A stretch of DNA of 63,240 nt, filler included, from Reticulomyxa filosa (lineage: Eukaryota > Protista > Foraminifera): assembly GCA_000512085.1 (NCBI GenBank). It is 19 parts of 19 records of this genome, joined end to end, with 100 filler letters (N's around TTAATTAATTAA, not from the genome) between each part and the next. Parts side by side here need not be neighbours in the genome. Positions count along the whole stretch, not along the records: positions 50,649 to 56,640 come from ASPP01012131.1; positions 56,741 to 58,793 come from ASPP01000138.1; positions 58,894 to 60,969 come from ASPP01019382.1; positions 61,070 to 62,079 come from ASPP01038819.1; positions 62,180 to 63,240 come from ASPP01038049.1; 14 more parts are not named here. One strand, given 5' to 3'. A program made the position numbers and the translations under genes. Below are positions 51,263 to 63,240 of this stretch, one piece after another (within the stretch, counting starts at the first letter, position 1; each line of letters starts with the position of its first letter). The notes beneath the pieces are model-generated. The model was not told where the DNA came from. It did no database searches and saw nothing but the letters and a program-made list of their open reading frames with translations.

Positions 51263-52295
51263 ATGGGCAGTATTTGCTGCAAGGAAGGGCAATATGAACC
51301 AATTGAACAAATCCCGCAAGACTGGAGCTCAGCAGTGACAAACGGGGAAACAACCGGAGTGCAGTATCTGCACGCGGACGATCCAAGTTTGGTTGACAAG
51401 CCAGTGGACAAGCAAGGCCGCAAAGCACTGCACATAGCGGCGGCAAATAACTATGTAGAAATTGTGGAATATCTGTTGGCAAATGGTGCGAATGTGAATG
51501 CAGTAGCACCTCGTACCGGGGACACTGCACTGCACGAAGCAGCTCGAATCAATGCCATTCCGGTGATTCGCTTGTTGTTACAAAACGGTGGTAATCCGAA
51601 CATTGCGAACAGAAAACGACAAAAGCCACAAGAGTTGTGTAATGAAACTACACGTAGAGAATTTGCAAAAAATAAAGTACTGAATTTTATTTTATTTTAT
51701 TTTTTGCATATTTAAAAAAAAAAAAAAAAAGGGGGTTTCGAATAATTTTTTTTTTTGTTAAAAAAAAAATTAAGATTAAGCAATATCGTAATGCTTCATC
51801 TACACAAGCAAATATCAGCGAAGAAATTCGAATACGCGGTCTACCAGTAAAACAATTTGTGATGGAACAACAGCAAAAAGAAAAAGAAGAGATGACGGAA
51901 AAAAGGGAAAGATAGAAACCAACCGGCAACCGAATTTGGAAGAAATACAGGGATTGAATTGACTGAGATCAGTGACTGGTTCAAACTACTTTCCAAAAAA
52001 GAAATGATTTGGGATAAGTCAATTAGTGCCACCAAAAAAGAAATAGACCAAAATCGTGCTTTATTTAAACTTGTGTTTACTGTGGTTTTGGCTGCTTTGC
52101 GCACCAAAGACCGCAGTGCAAACTTGAAGAATACTAATCCATCAATTAAAAATCTGTGTAAAAAACTCCAAGAAAAATTCAAAAAAACCCGGCAAGAAGG
52201 GATTCAATTTGACTAAAAATCAGTTTACTACCGAGTTTCATATTTACTTAATGGAAATTCACGAGGAAATGATCGAAGAGGAAAAAGCTTTGTAA
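51263..52295 (+). CDS. Ankyrin-repeat protein with an N-terminal MGxxCC acylation motif
   Basis: GRKALHIAAANNYVEIVEYLLANGANVN and GDTALHEAAR..LLLQNGGNPN. Intron about 51678-51780. Small indels in exon 2. Confidence 0.88.
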
Positions 52296-53373
52296 GGAGA
52301 CTCTGGGTTTTGCAAATTGTTTTTTTGTGTTTGTTTTAGTTTCTTTTGTGATTTTCTTCCTCTTTCACTTTGAACTCTTTCTTCTTTAACGAAGCTTTGA
52401 TTGCAAAAGTTCATACTTAATTTTCTTTTTACTAATATACTCCAATTTTGTTACTTTAAAGTTCTTCACAAATTTTTTTTGTGAATATCCCACAAAAAAA
52501 ACATTGTAATGTCTCAAAGGCAGCAGCAAATACATACTATTCGTTTTAAAAAGTATGACAAACATAAGCGCAAATCCAGGCATACTCAAATACTTTTAAC
52601 AATATTCACAATACCCCAACGTTCTCAAACATCATTTGTGACAGTCCTTAAACTTGTTAGTTTTAAGGGGAATAACAACTACCAAAATATTAAAGTTTTA
52701 AATATCATCATGATAAAAACTTCAACAAGAATACCAGAAAATTTTTTAATTTCACAAAATTTTTTTAAAGGATTTTTTTTATATTGATATCACTAGATTT
52801 TGGTGCAGGATTAAAAAAAAAGTAATATTTTTCCCTTTTTTTTAATATATTTTGCTTTATTGTTGTTTTTTTTAGAGATATGGTTGTATGACTCGCCTTA
52901 AATGGCTTATCCCAACTACAAAAAAGTAAATAAATTTGCTGCATAGTTGTTAAAAGAAATAAATGATATCATTAAACTGAGCAATTTTTGTTTTTTTCTA
53001 AATCTAACATATAAGTAAAAGATCAATAAAATTTGGTAATTCTCAAACAATTGAATGCAGCGAGGAATTTATTCCAACCGACTAAAACAGAATGTTTTGT
53101 TTTTGTTTTGAAGTGAGTAATGGTATACATTGAATTTTGCTTTTTAGTTTTGATTACTGCAAAAGAGTTAATTGAATGTGTGAAAACTGTCAGATAATTG
53201 GATCAATGGTTTGTTTTAGTGTTTTATTGAAGTTGCAAATCATGTAAGATTATACTGTTGCTTTTTGGTCAGGATGCCATTTGCATTTTATCACATTTTT
53301 TGAGCCCCAAAAAAATTGACTTTTATACTGGGTTTCTTAACCGTATTTTTTAGCCCTCACAAAGCCACAAACC

Positions 53374-54219
53374 ATGCCATCAATTTTCAAACGAACAGCA
53401 AATTGTTTGCTATTTAAACGGCTAGGGCAAACTCATAACTTTGGTTTATCTTCAATCGATTCGTTTGGACATAACAACAGAGTAACACTGGCCTTCAATA
53501 GACAGTTTCATTTGAGTAATCCTTCAACCAACGACAACAAAGAGACAAACAGTATGTTTGCTCCATTGATTATTTGTGGTCCTTCTGGAGTGGGAAAAGG
53601 AACACTAGTCAACTATTTAGTACAATCATTTCCTCAACATTTTCAACAAATTATCGGTCACACCACCCGCAACCCGCGTAAATACGAAAAACACGGTAAT
53701 TGTACGTAAAAAAAAAAATGGACAAAGGTAAACAACGAAAAAAAATGAACAAATAGGTGACCATTATTTTTTTGTCAACGAGCAAGAATTCCAAAGCGCC
53801 ATCAAAGATAATGAATTTGTGGAATACACACAAGTTCACGGGAAGCATTATTATGGGACAAGCAAAAGACAGCTTTTGGAGGTTGAAAATAAAAAAAAAT
53901 TGGAATTTTGGAGGTCGATATCAAAGGAGCTTCCGTCGTTAAAGACAAGTTTCAAAAAGCTGAAAATAATCACAAGGATGCCCACTATGTATTTGTAACA
54001 ACAAGTGGAGGTGAAAAATCCTTGACTGAAAGGTTGTTGCAAAGGGGTACGGAAACAGCGGAACAAATCGCGCAAAGATTGGATACGGCAAAAAAAGAAT
54101 TTGATTTTTTGCGTCAAAATCCTAACTTCTTTGATTTTGTGTTGTTCAATGATGATTTGGAAACCTCACAGAAAAATTTTGTCAACACGTTGAAAATGTG
54201 GTATCTGTGTCTGCATTGA
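53374..54219 (+). CDS. Guanylate kinase with a mitochondrial-type presequence
   Basis: ICGPSGVGKGTL, HTTRNPRKYE, HYFFV, FVEYTQVHGKHYYGTSK, ILEVDIKG, RLLQRGTE. One intron; one A missing in a run near 53898. Confidence 0.93.
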
Positions 54220-54538
54220 AAATTTGTTGTTGTGCTCTATTTATTTTGAGAACATTTTGATATCGCATTATTTTCTAAGACTCTGCACAAACTTTTCGTC
54301 AAAGGATGCAAAAAGCAATGGGAGATACGTGTGATGAAAATTATGCGAATTTGCATAAAACACTTTTTCGAGTAGCTGATTGCTCTCCAAAGAAACAAAA
54401 AAGATTTGTTGGCAAGTAAACAACTTTTAAAAAGAATTTTAAAAGAGGTTCAGGCCAAACAAAGCCAATGTATTTATACAAGCTTAAACATATCATGAGA
54501 TAGAGAGCGAGGAAAAAAAAAAAGAAATCTTTTTTTGG

Positions 54539-56582
54539 TCAAATGTCTGGCATGACCGGAGGTTTAATGTTGATTTCGACAGTTTGATCAATTGTATGTA
54601 CTCGCTTCTCTCCCACACGCAATGTGGGCAGGGCTTTGTTGGAAGGTTCGATTTTCTTAGGAGCTTTCATTTGAGAGCTCTTCCACTTGAAGAATTTCTT
54701 TTGTGCCTCTTTGTCAAGTTCTTTCGAATAGCCGGGTGCTTTGGAGTTAATTGCATGAACCACCTTGGAGGCGTTTTCGCTATTGTCTTTGTTCGGATCA
54801 TTCAAGGCATATTCAATTCCTTCCTTCACGACATTTCTGAATTCGTCACCAATTTCTTCAGGGGATTTCGAATCATCTTCCTTGTTATCATCAGCATCAT
54901 CACTTGGGTTATACGTATCGTCTTGTCCCTATTTCCAATTTTTTTATTTTTTATTTTTTTTTTTGTATGCGTCCTTTTTTTTTTTTTTTATTCAAAAATG
55001 AATTATTACAAACATGAGCCGCTTTGGAAGATTGAAAGCCATCATTGTCCAAGCCATCATTTTCTTCTTGAACACCATCTTTGTCAGCGTCGTTCTTGCC
55101 TTTTCCGCGATTGCTGTTTGGATTTTCGGGATTGCCTTTGGCATTGCTGCTGCCATTGGGAGCATCGTCGTCATACTCAATCAAAGTATCATCATCACCA
55201 GGATTGTTCTTTGATCCGTCCTTATTTTCCACGTCATTTCCAGCATTTCCATTCTTGCCCTTGTCGTCATTGCCATTGTTTCCTCCCTTCTTATCGTTTT
55301 TGTCACTTCCTGGCCCTTTTCCATCCACCGTGTTCGGATTGTCCTGTTCGTTATCATAGACTTTTTCATTGTTATCATTATTATTGTTATTATTATCGTT
55401 ATTATTGTTATTATTATCGTTATTATTATTATTGTTATCATTATTATTATTATTATTATTATTGTTATTGTCTCCATTGTCATTTCTATTTTTGTCATCT
55501 TTGTTATTCAGTCCATTATCACTGTTATCTACATTTTCCTCGTCCGTACCTTGCGCACTTAGTTTGTTATCTTTTCCAGAGTGTGACTGTTTTTGGACAT
55601 TCTTGCCACCTTTTTGATCTAATCAATTATCACACACGCACATATATATATATATTTATATATTATATAATCCAGATTACGATAAGCAGATTTGTTTGTA
55701 TCAAAAAAACAAACCAGCTTTTTCAGCACTCATTTCATCATCAACCGGTTCCTCTTTTTTGACTTTTCCAAAGCGGATTTGCATTTCATTTTCTTTTCCC
55801 TTTTTGCCGCGGTTGCTTGGAAGTTGATTTTTTTGCTGATCGCGTATTTTTTTCCCATTTTGGGTGTCCCCCCCGTACGTGGTTTCCTCTTCGAGTTCCT
55901 GGTCTTTGCGTTTCTTCTTCCTGCCGTCGTCATCGTCGTCGTCGTCATCATCATCATACTCGGCGCCCTGCTTTTTGTCCGTCTTATCACCGCCGCTCTT
56001 GCCATCGCCGTTGGTCGGACCACTGCCGTCGTCATTGGAGTTATCAGCGTTGTGTTCGTCGTCGGGTTTGTACAGATCTTCGGAAGGGCCTTTCTGTGTG
56101 CCGTCAGCAATGTCCAGCCACTCGCGATTGGGAGACCCATCGGCGGGCAAGTTTTGGGTATCCGACCCATAGGGGATGGGCTTGTCTGGTTGGACCTCGG
56201 CCCAACTCACGGTGCCATCTCCAAATAGTAGCTTCTTCAACTGCTCCATCGCTTGCTTTCTTGCCTCCGGATTCGAGTTTCGCTCCGTGTTCATTTCCTC
56301 TGTCAACAGACCCACCGCATACAACACCGCGTCTGGGTTGCCCGACTTCATCACGCTGCTCAGAATCTCGTTCAGCGCATTCTGTGCCTCCTGCTTGTTG
56401 TTGCGGTACTTGGGATTGTCCAACACACGGAACAATCCATCGATCACATCGTCCAAGTGGCTCAACACCTGGTCTTTGTTCCCCTTGTCCAACAGCTCGT
56501 TAAACACGTTCGGCAACGTCTCAAGTGCAGTTTTGCTAACATTTTCGCGTTCGTCCAATGTCTTTGTTTCTCGTTCATTCAT
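54539..56582 (-). CDS. Internal exons of a large D/K/G/N-rich repetitive protein
   Basis: Long minus-strand ORFs separated by microsatellite introns. Recurrent EYDDD and TY.PSDD motifs. Confidence 0.55.
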
Positions 56583-56594
56583 TTCACAAACATG

Positions 56595-56630
<36 letters not shown>

Positions 56631-57247
56631 GTATATGTATNNNNNNNNNNNNNNNNNNNNNNNNNNNNNNNNNNNNNNNNNNNNTTAATTAATTAANNNN
56701 NNNNNNNNNNNNNNNNNNNNNNNNNNNNNNNNNNNNNNNNAGGCACAGAACAACTAGATACTGCAACATCTAGCAGTATCTGAAGGAAGTTCGAAGTTAA
56801 TCTTAGATTATTAACAACGATTTTCGTCATCAGCAAGATTGTGGCGAAAACAGAAACAATGACAAAGATACAAAGAAAATACTTAAAAGAAATTTTTTTA
56901 ACCAGTAAAATTTTTTTTAAAAAAAATTTTTAATAGTCAGATATCTGATATTGCGATTTTGCGCGAGATCAGATATATACAAGATAACAAACGAAACACA
57001 TAAAATGAACAGTCGAAACAAAATAATATCAACAAGAAAGAATTGCGAACAAAATTTAGCCACTTTTTTATTAAATAAGCCTAAATGGCAATATCAACAG
57101 CATTCACATGCTTTTCTTGAATAATAAGTGTTTAAATTTTATTTTTTATTTTAGTTTGCTTTAATTTGTTAAAAGATGTGAATTGAATCTCAATATTTCA
57201 CTGAAGCTTCAACACTTCGAAAGCAAGGCTAAGAGGATTCGGTTGAG

Positions 57248-58793
57248 CATTAGCATTGCTCATGTAATTCCCCCTGACCATTCCACAGTGACGAGCCAAA
57301 TTTATTTTCACAACCGTTGATTGATCTCGCCGTACAACTTTTGAGATTTTATTTGTTTTTTTTTGATATTTTAAAGATTAAATTAAAACTTAAAATTTGT
57401 TGATTGTGTGTGAGTTTTTGATATGTTTTGTTGATCTTTCTCATTCTTGCTAAAAAAAATTCAATAATCTTCCAGTGTTTCTTTGCTTTTGTGGATTGAT
57501 ACCACAAAGCAGGATAAATTTATTCACTTCAGGATTTGTCATTACTTCTTCTAGTCTTCTTGCGACAATTTTTTGTTTACCATGGTTTTCTTTTTGTTCG
57601 ATGTCCATTTTTTGCGTTATTGAAGTTATTAGCAAATTGAATAAGTTGTTCTCTGACAGCTAATACTATACATTCTTGTTCCTTAATCCAATGAACTTAA
57701 TCACTGATGTTGCTGACCGAAGTTCTTTGGATTTAATTGGAGTTGGAACATTGGAAAAAGAATATGAAAACTCGACGACAATTTCTTTGCTCCACATGTT
57801 CTCGAATGTAATCTCATCAGCTTTCTTTTCGTCGTTGTGTTGCGAATCTGAACTGACACAACTTGCAAAGTTGAGTGATAATGCTTTGCCTTCTTCACTT
57901 TTTCATTTATTAATCCATCATCTGGTGCTTTCCTTTTTGTTTTGTTTCTTTTGATGTTATTATTGTCAACATCCACCTTGTTCTGCTGCTTTGTCGTTCC
58001 CAATTCCAATGCATGACATGTTCGGAAGTGTAGTTAACATGTCTGTCTTAACATTAGATCGGATACTTGAACCAATTCCATGTGGGATTGCCAGTAAAGG
58101 AGTTACTATCTCAGTTACCAGGAGTTTGCACTTAGGTACACTTAGAGCAACTGAGGTCAATATGCTCGGTAAGTTTTAAAGCACTTCCACCTCTCACAGT
58201 CGATATGCTTGAAGTGATCTCGAGATAATCTTGACGATTTTTCACGATGATCGTTAATGATGATAATATAGATTTATTTTATTTTTTTTTTCGTGGTGAA
58301 GATAACCTTTTCGTTGATTCCCGGGCCTTTGAGGACCTTTTCGTTAGTTTCCGGCCTGTCTCGGAGCAGTAGGCTTTTCGCATGTTTTTGGCACAGACCG
58401 TTGATTGACATCAACTTTAACTTGAAATTTGCTTTGCTCTTTTAATATTTTAAATTTAATTAAGACATAAATTGATATTTTTGCTTGTTGTGTCGATTGT
58501 CAGTGAGTTTTAACAATTTTGTAAAGCTTTTCCTTTGCTTTTGTTTTTATTTAAATGTTGTGTTCCTTTTGGGATGAGATATTTTTTTTAGCAAGAATGA
58601 GAAAGATCAACAAAACATATCAAAAACTCACACACAATCAACAAATTTTAAGTTTTAATTTAATCTTTAAAATATCAAAAAAAAACAAATAAAATCTCAA
58701 AAGTTGTACGGCGAGATCAATCAACGGTTGTGAAAATAAATTTGGCTCGTCACTGTGGAATGGTCAGGGGGAATTACATGAGCAATGCTAATG
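57248..58793. repeat. Apparently perfect 213-bp inverted repeat pair (57248-57460 and 58581-58793)
   Basis: CATTAGCATTGCTCATGTAATTCCCCC..CTTGCTAAAAAAAAT is reverse-complemented at the contig end. Confidence 0.92.
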
Positions 58794-58893
58794 NNNNNNN
58801 NNNNNNNNNNNNNNNNNNNNNNNNNNNNNNNNNNNNNTTAATTAATTAANNNNNNNNNNNNNNNNNNNNNNNNNNNNNNNNNNNNNNNNNNNN

Positions 58894-60110
58894 GCTATTT
58901 ATTTTCAACTCAAATTGTACCCACAACTTTTTTGATATAAAGGACGCAAGTGCAAATGATGAAAACGAAGCATTGATTGTTCGTATTTTAGATCAGTTTT
59001 TACAAAATGAAACAAATCGCTTACATTGGATTAGACTATTGGTAGATCCTGATATCAACTCGAATTCTATGTTGAGCGAATTACTCAAAAAAAGCTTCAA
59101 AGACTGGCTAAATGAGGATAAAAAGGAGGGACAACCATTTCACTCCAAAGTCATTGAATTATTATCTTCTCCCACATTTCAAAATGACAGGTTATATTAT
59201 TCGATTTTCATGGAAGCTTTGGATAAGCGATATCGCGAATTGTGGCCAAACAATGATAAGTGGACAGATGATCAAATTAAAAGGATTCAACAATATAATG
59301 GAATTGTGGGTATTTTTAGATGAAGTAAATACATCTCCAGATATTGGATGGTTCAAAGAATTGATTTACGATCATAGTTTGGATGGAGTAAAAATCAGCA
59401 ATCAAATAAAGGTGATTGCAGCATGCAACCCTTATCGACCACGAAAAATAGAGAATGATGAAAATGTAAATATAAATGATCCATTAAGCAAATGGGTATA
59501 TCGTGTATTTCCATTGTGTGAAACCATGAAAGAATATGTTTGGCACTTTGGTCAGTTATCTCAGTTGGATGAAAAGCAATACATTCAAGCCATGGCCAGA
59601 CAATTGAAAGAGAAATTTGATAAACAAAGTTCTGTTTACGAAAAAATTCAAAAGTGGGATCAAAGATTACAGAATATATTGTGGCATCACAACAATTCTT
59701 ACGTAAACACTTGAAAAATGAATTCATTGTATCATTGCGTGATGTGAGTAGATGTCTCAAGTTTTTTCATTGGTTAATGCAACAACCTCAGACAGATAAA
59801 CCAGTAGAATGGACAGAAAGGGCATTAAAAATTGCATTGGGCTTGTGTTATTACTTTCGATTGGATAAAAGAAAAAGAAAAGAATATGATACAATGATGT
59901 TGGAAAGAAATCAATGTTCATTTGTAAAAGTGTTGAACGAAGAAATAGACAATTTATCCAAACCCTTTGAAATCCAACGCTCAGTAGTAAAGCATAATAT
60001 TTTGAAAGAAAATCTATTTGTCCTATTTTTTTGTATTGCCACAGTCACTCCCATAATATTGATTGGAAAGCCTGGTACTCCCAAAACTTTATCTTTGTAC
60101 TTCTGCATCC
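58894..60110 (+). pseudogene. RNF213/mysterin-like dynein-type AAA+ ATPase fragment
   Basis: WVFLDEVNT, IAACNPYR, VYRVFPL..YVWHFGQL..EKQYI, SQQFLR..VSLRDVSRC, ALGLCYYFRL, LKENLF..CI..PIILIGKPGTPKTL. Frameshifts present and the sequence breaks off abruptly. Confidence 0.85.
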
Positions 60111-61069
60111 TAATATATCCAAGAAATATTAAATATTTCAATGATAGTTATAACATAATTCAAATTGCAAATTAATAAATTTATCATTAATCATAATAAC
60201 TTTCCAAATAAATGATCAAAAGCATTTTTAAATTACAAAAATGAACAATTCTGTCAATAATCTATCTTTTGATTACGAAAACATTTATTTCGAATAGAAA
60301 AAGGCAACTTTTTCCTTTATTTATTCGTTGCTCGATATTGTTTCATTAAAAGAATAAAAATATCTTTTAAAATGCTAAGAAAATATTCACAACATATGCC
60401 CTTAAAGTTTGCGTTACTGGTTTATTGTTTTCAATTTATAATTTTCAATTGCAATTCATAAAAGCAGATAAAAGTGTTGAATATAAAATAATGACGGAAA
60501 AAACTAATAATTAAGTTGAGGAAATTTAAGAATATATAGTTTTATTTTCTTCAACTCTTTTAGACATTCTATATTCGTCAGACAATAAAAAAATGGTTTT
60601 GACCTCTAATTACGGCTTTTCATCTGATAAATTTGCACATTTTAAGATGCTTTGATTTATGAAACACAAATGAAGACTCATGCTTAGATAATGGTAAGCT
60701 GATGGGAGACAATCCAAACTCTGCGAATACGACACAACATATTTGAAGGAGTTGATACATAAGATTAGCTACGAAACTTTGTTTGGTTAAAAAACTAATG
60801 GACAAGACTAAAGATAAGGTTATTAATTTGATGAGTTTTTGGGTGCCTTTGTGGCAATTATAACCAAAAAATGATGACAGTGGACTTGGTAGATTGGGTA
60901 TGTCGCTGTTGTTTGGTGTTGTCTTCCCTTCGCTACTTTGGACTTTTTCAACGTCTTTTTTTTTTTTTTNNNNNNNNNNNNNNNNNNNNNNNNNNNNNNN
61001 NNNNNNNNNNNNNTTAATTAATTAANNNNNNNNNNNNNNNNNNNNNNNNNNNNNNNNNNNNNNNNNNNN

Positions 61070-62079
61070 AGAGACATTGAATAAAAATAAATCCAGACCA
61101 AAATCGCATTTCAAGCAATGCAAAAACTGCTACAGATTGCTCGTGAATGTCCAAAGAAACGCAAAGTATGTAAATATTGCGGATTGGCAAATCACGAAGC
61201 AGCTAAATGTCGAAACAAGGACGACCCAAGAAAACACAAATGTGTCATATGTCGTAAGCAACATCCAAGTGATTCAGTGCAATATGAAGTGATTCGCAAA
61301 GCAAGGGAAAAACTTGGTATTAAATTGACGAGGAAGGAAGATGCACTCCTGAAGAAAAAACCATTTCAAACCATTCCTATCAAATCAAATGTGCAGCAGC
61401 AAGCAAAGAATTACTCTTATACTGATGCTGCTAAAAGTCAAAGATTAAATGATAATGAAAATAATAATGGTTCTCGAAAATCAAAGAAAAGGACAAATAG
61501 AAAGAATAAAAGAAAAATCAATAACGATCAAAAACAACAAAATAAAATCAGATGCTGATGAAATCTTATAGCTAAAACGTGAATTAGCAGAGATGAAATC
61601 AGCATTCTAACAATTACAGTCATTATGCAATCAATTAATTCAATATTGATGCAGATGGGGATTGGTAATAGATCAAGAGATGAAATTAACATTAAGAATA
61701 CCAGTAGTCTATTGGTATTCCAGAATAATATCAATGGATTTTATTCCAAGGCCCAAATACTAGAACAGAATTTGCATTATAAGCAGCCCCATTTAGATCG
61801 AAGAAGAAGGACATCGATTATAATTTTCAGCATATATACATTTATCACTGGAGTGAGACAGGCAGGGCTGGAGTGTTATATCGAAGAGATTTACACTCAA
61901 TACTACGATCATTCAATAATGTGACTGATACATTTAATGTATTTGGGTATGAATCATGTCGGATGGAAATTTCATGTCCTGACCAAAAGAAATCGTTATT
62001 ATTCTGCAGTATAGTCACTTTAATATTCAAGCGTCCGAGCAAGAATTACAATATGCTCAGAAAATTACTAAATACATTG
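61070..62079 (+). mobile_element. Degraded non-LTR retrotransposon: ORF1 zinc knuckles plus start of the APE endonuclease
   Basis: QCKNCYR..EC, CKYCGLANHEAAKC and CVICRKQHPSDS, followed by LLVFQNNINGFYSK (APE motif I). Stops and frameshifts present. Confidence 0.75.
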
Positions 62080-63039
62080 NNNNNNNNNNNNNNNNNNNNN
62101 NNNNNNNNNNNNNNNNNNNNNNNTTAATTAATTAANNNNNNNNNNNNNNNNNNNNNNNNNNNNNNNNNNNNNNNNNNNNTCAGATTTTGACGTATCTTTC
62201 ATCTTTAATTACTAGCAGATCAAGACAGTTCATCTTTTTAAATTCCTTCAACAATGGCATTTCCGTTCAAAAGAACAATCAAGTCATAACAATTGTAAAT
62301 TGTATTTTATATTTTTTTTTTCATTCGCAAAGTATGAATGTATTGAAATTTAGTGCAAGCTCTGGACAATTACTCGAGATGATTTATGAATGTACATGCA
62401 TATTCACGCATTTATGTTTTTTCCTTTTTTTTATTTTTTTTAAAAAATATTTGTATAAACTTGCAGGAGGCATGCAAAGTGAATCAAAGACAGGAAAGTA
62501 TGAAGTGGAAATGAAAGGTATTGGTAAAATTATACGATAATATGATCAAAGAAGACATACTGAGGAAAAAGCTCGAACAAGGCAATGGAAACGTGTCAGT
62601 GGTGATTGATCAGACCACAGCCACATTACCAGACCAAAATGTAATTTATACATTTACATAATAAAAAAAATATAATACATACAAATACCACCTTTGCAAA
62701 ATATATAAATAGACTGATCCAACTGATGAGAAAAAAATTGAATAAGTTAAGATTACTGATACTCTCTTTGTTTATATTTCCTTTTTGACATACTTGCGCA
62801 ATAATATGTATTTTATTTTATCGACGACAAGAATGAAATAGAATCAGATAAATTGAAAAAAGAATAGAAAAATGCAGAAATTGGAGAAACTAACCAGGAA
62901 TTAATTTACAAGATTATTGCACAAATACTGATTGTTTAGCTTCAAAAACAAAGTTTCTAGTATGTGTGAATCTTGGATTTGATGATATTTCATTCAATTT
63001 AGACAAAATATTATATAATTGTCCAGACTGTGAAGGACA

Positions 63040-63240
63040 ATGCAAGGCTATTCAGATATAGGATGTATCATCCATACAAAGTAAGTGCATATGTGATAGA
63101 AGTAATATTTTCTCCAGATGATACTATAATTGCGTCTTGTTTAGATGATAAAACAATTGAATTATGAGATGTATTGACTGAAATACAAATCCAAACATTA
63201 AAAGGGCATTCTGATGATATACATGGAATAACATTTTCAT
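63040..63240 (+). pseudogene. WD40 repeat relic
   Basis: VIEVIFSPDDTIIASCLDDKTIEL-stop-DV..IQTLKGHSDDIHGITFS. Confidence 0.8.

Noticed and set aside
57198-57240. Hammerhead ribozyme near CTGAAG..CGAAA
   Set aside because: The core is CUGAAGC rather than CUGANGA, and the stems do not form.

Overview
This window is not one locus. It is 19 unrelated contigs joined by an artificial 100-bp linker (N44-TTAATTAATTAA-N44), so no synteny can be inferred across linkers. Three DNA sources are visible. (1) Most contigs come from an AT-rich, intron-containing protist. Its kelch and WD40 family signatures, microsatellite-filled introns and many pseudogenes are what I recognise from the foraminiferan Reticulomyxa filosa; this is inferred, not searched. 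Recognisable genes are CRAL-TRIO/Sec14, SH3, CysRS, CDC27, a 7TM protein, NAD-IDH, kelch, LEO1, ZnF-UBP, ankyrin, guanylate kinase and an RNF213-like AAA fragment. There are also Tc1, MITE and LINE relics. (2) 6814-11214 is an AT-rich, intronless alphaproteobacterial (Rickettsiales-like) operon, comEC-ratA-HTH-gap-pgk. (3) 11315-14085 is GC-rich proteobacterial DNA carrying a complete IS21 element. The best leads are: a membrane-anchored Cu-only-SOD repeat protein with one degenerate domain; a stand-alone USP5-type ZnF-UBP ubiquitin sensor with no protease domain; an RNF213/mysterin-like ATPase relic; a GC-rich multi-hairpin core enclosed by degenerate inverted repeats at 18.5-19.05 kb; and A-rich, non-polypyrimidine 3' splice sites.
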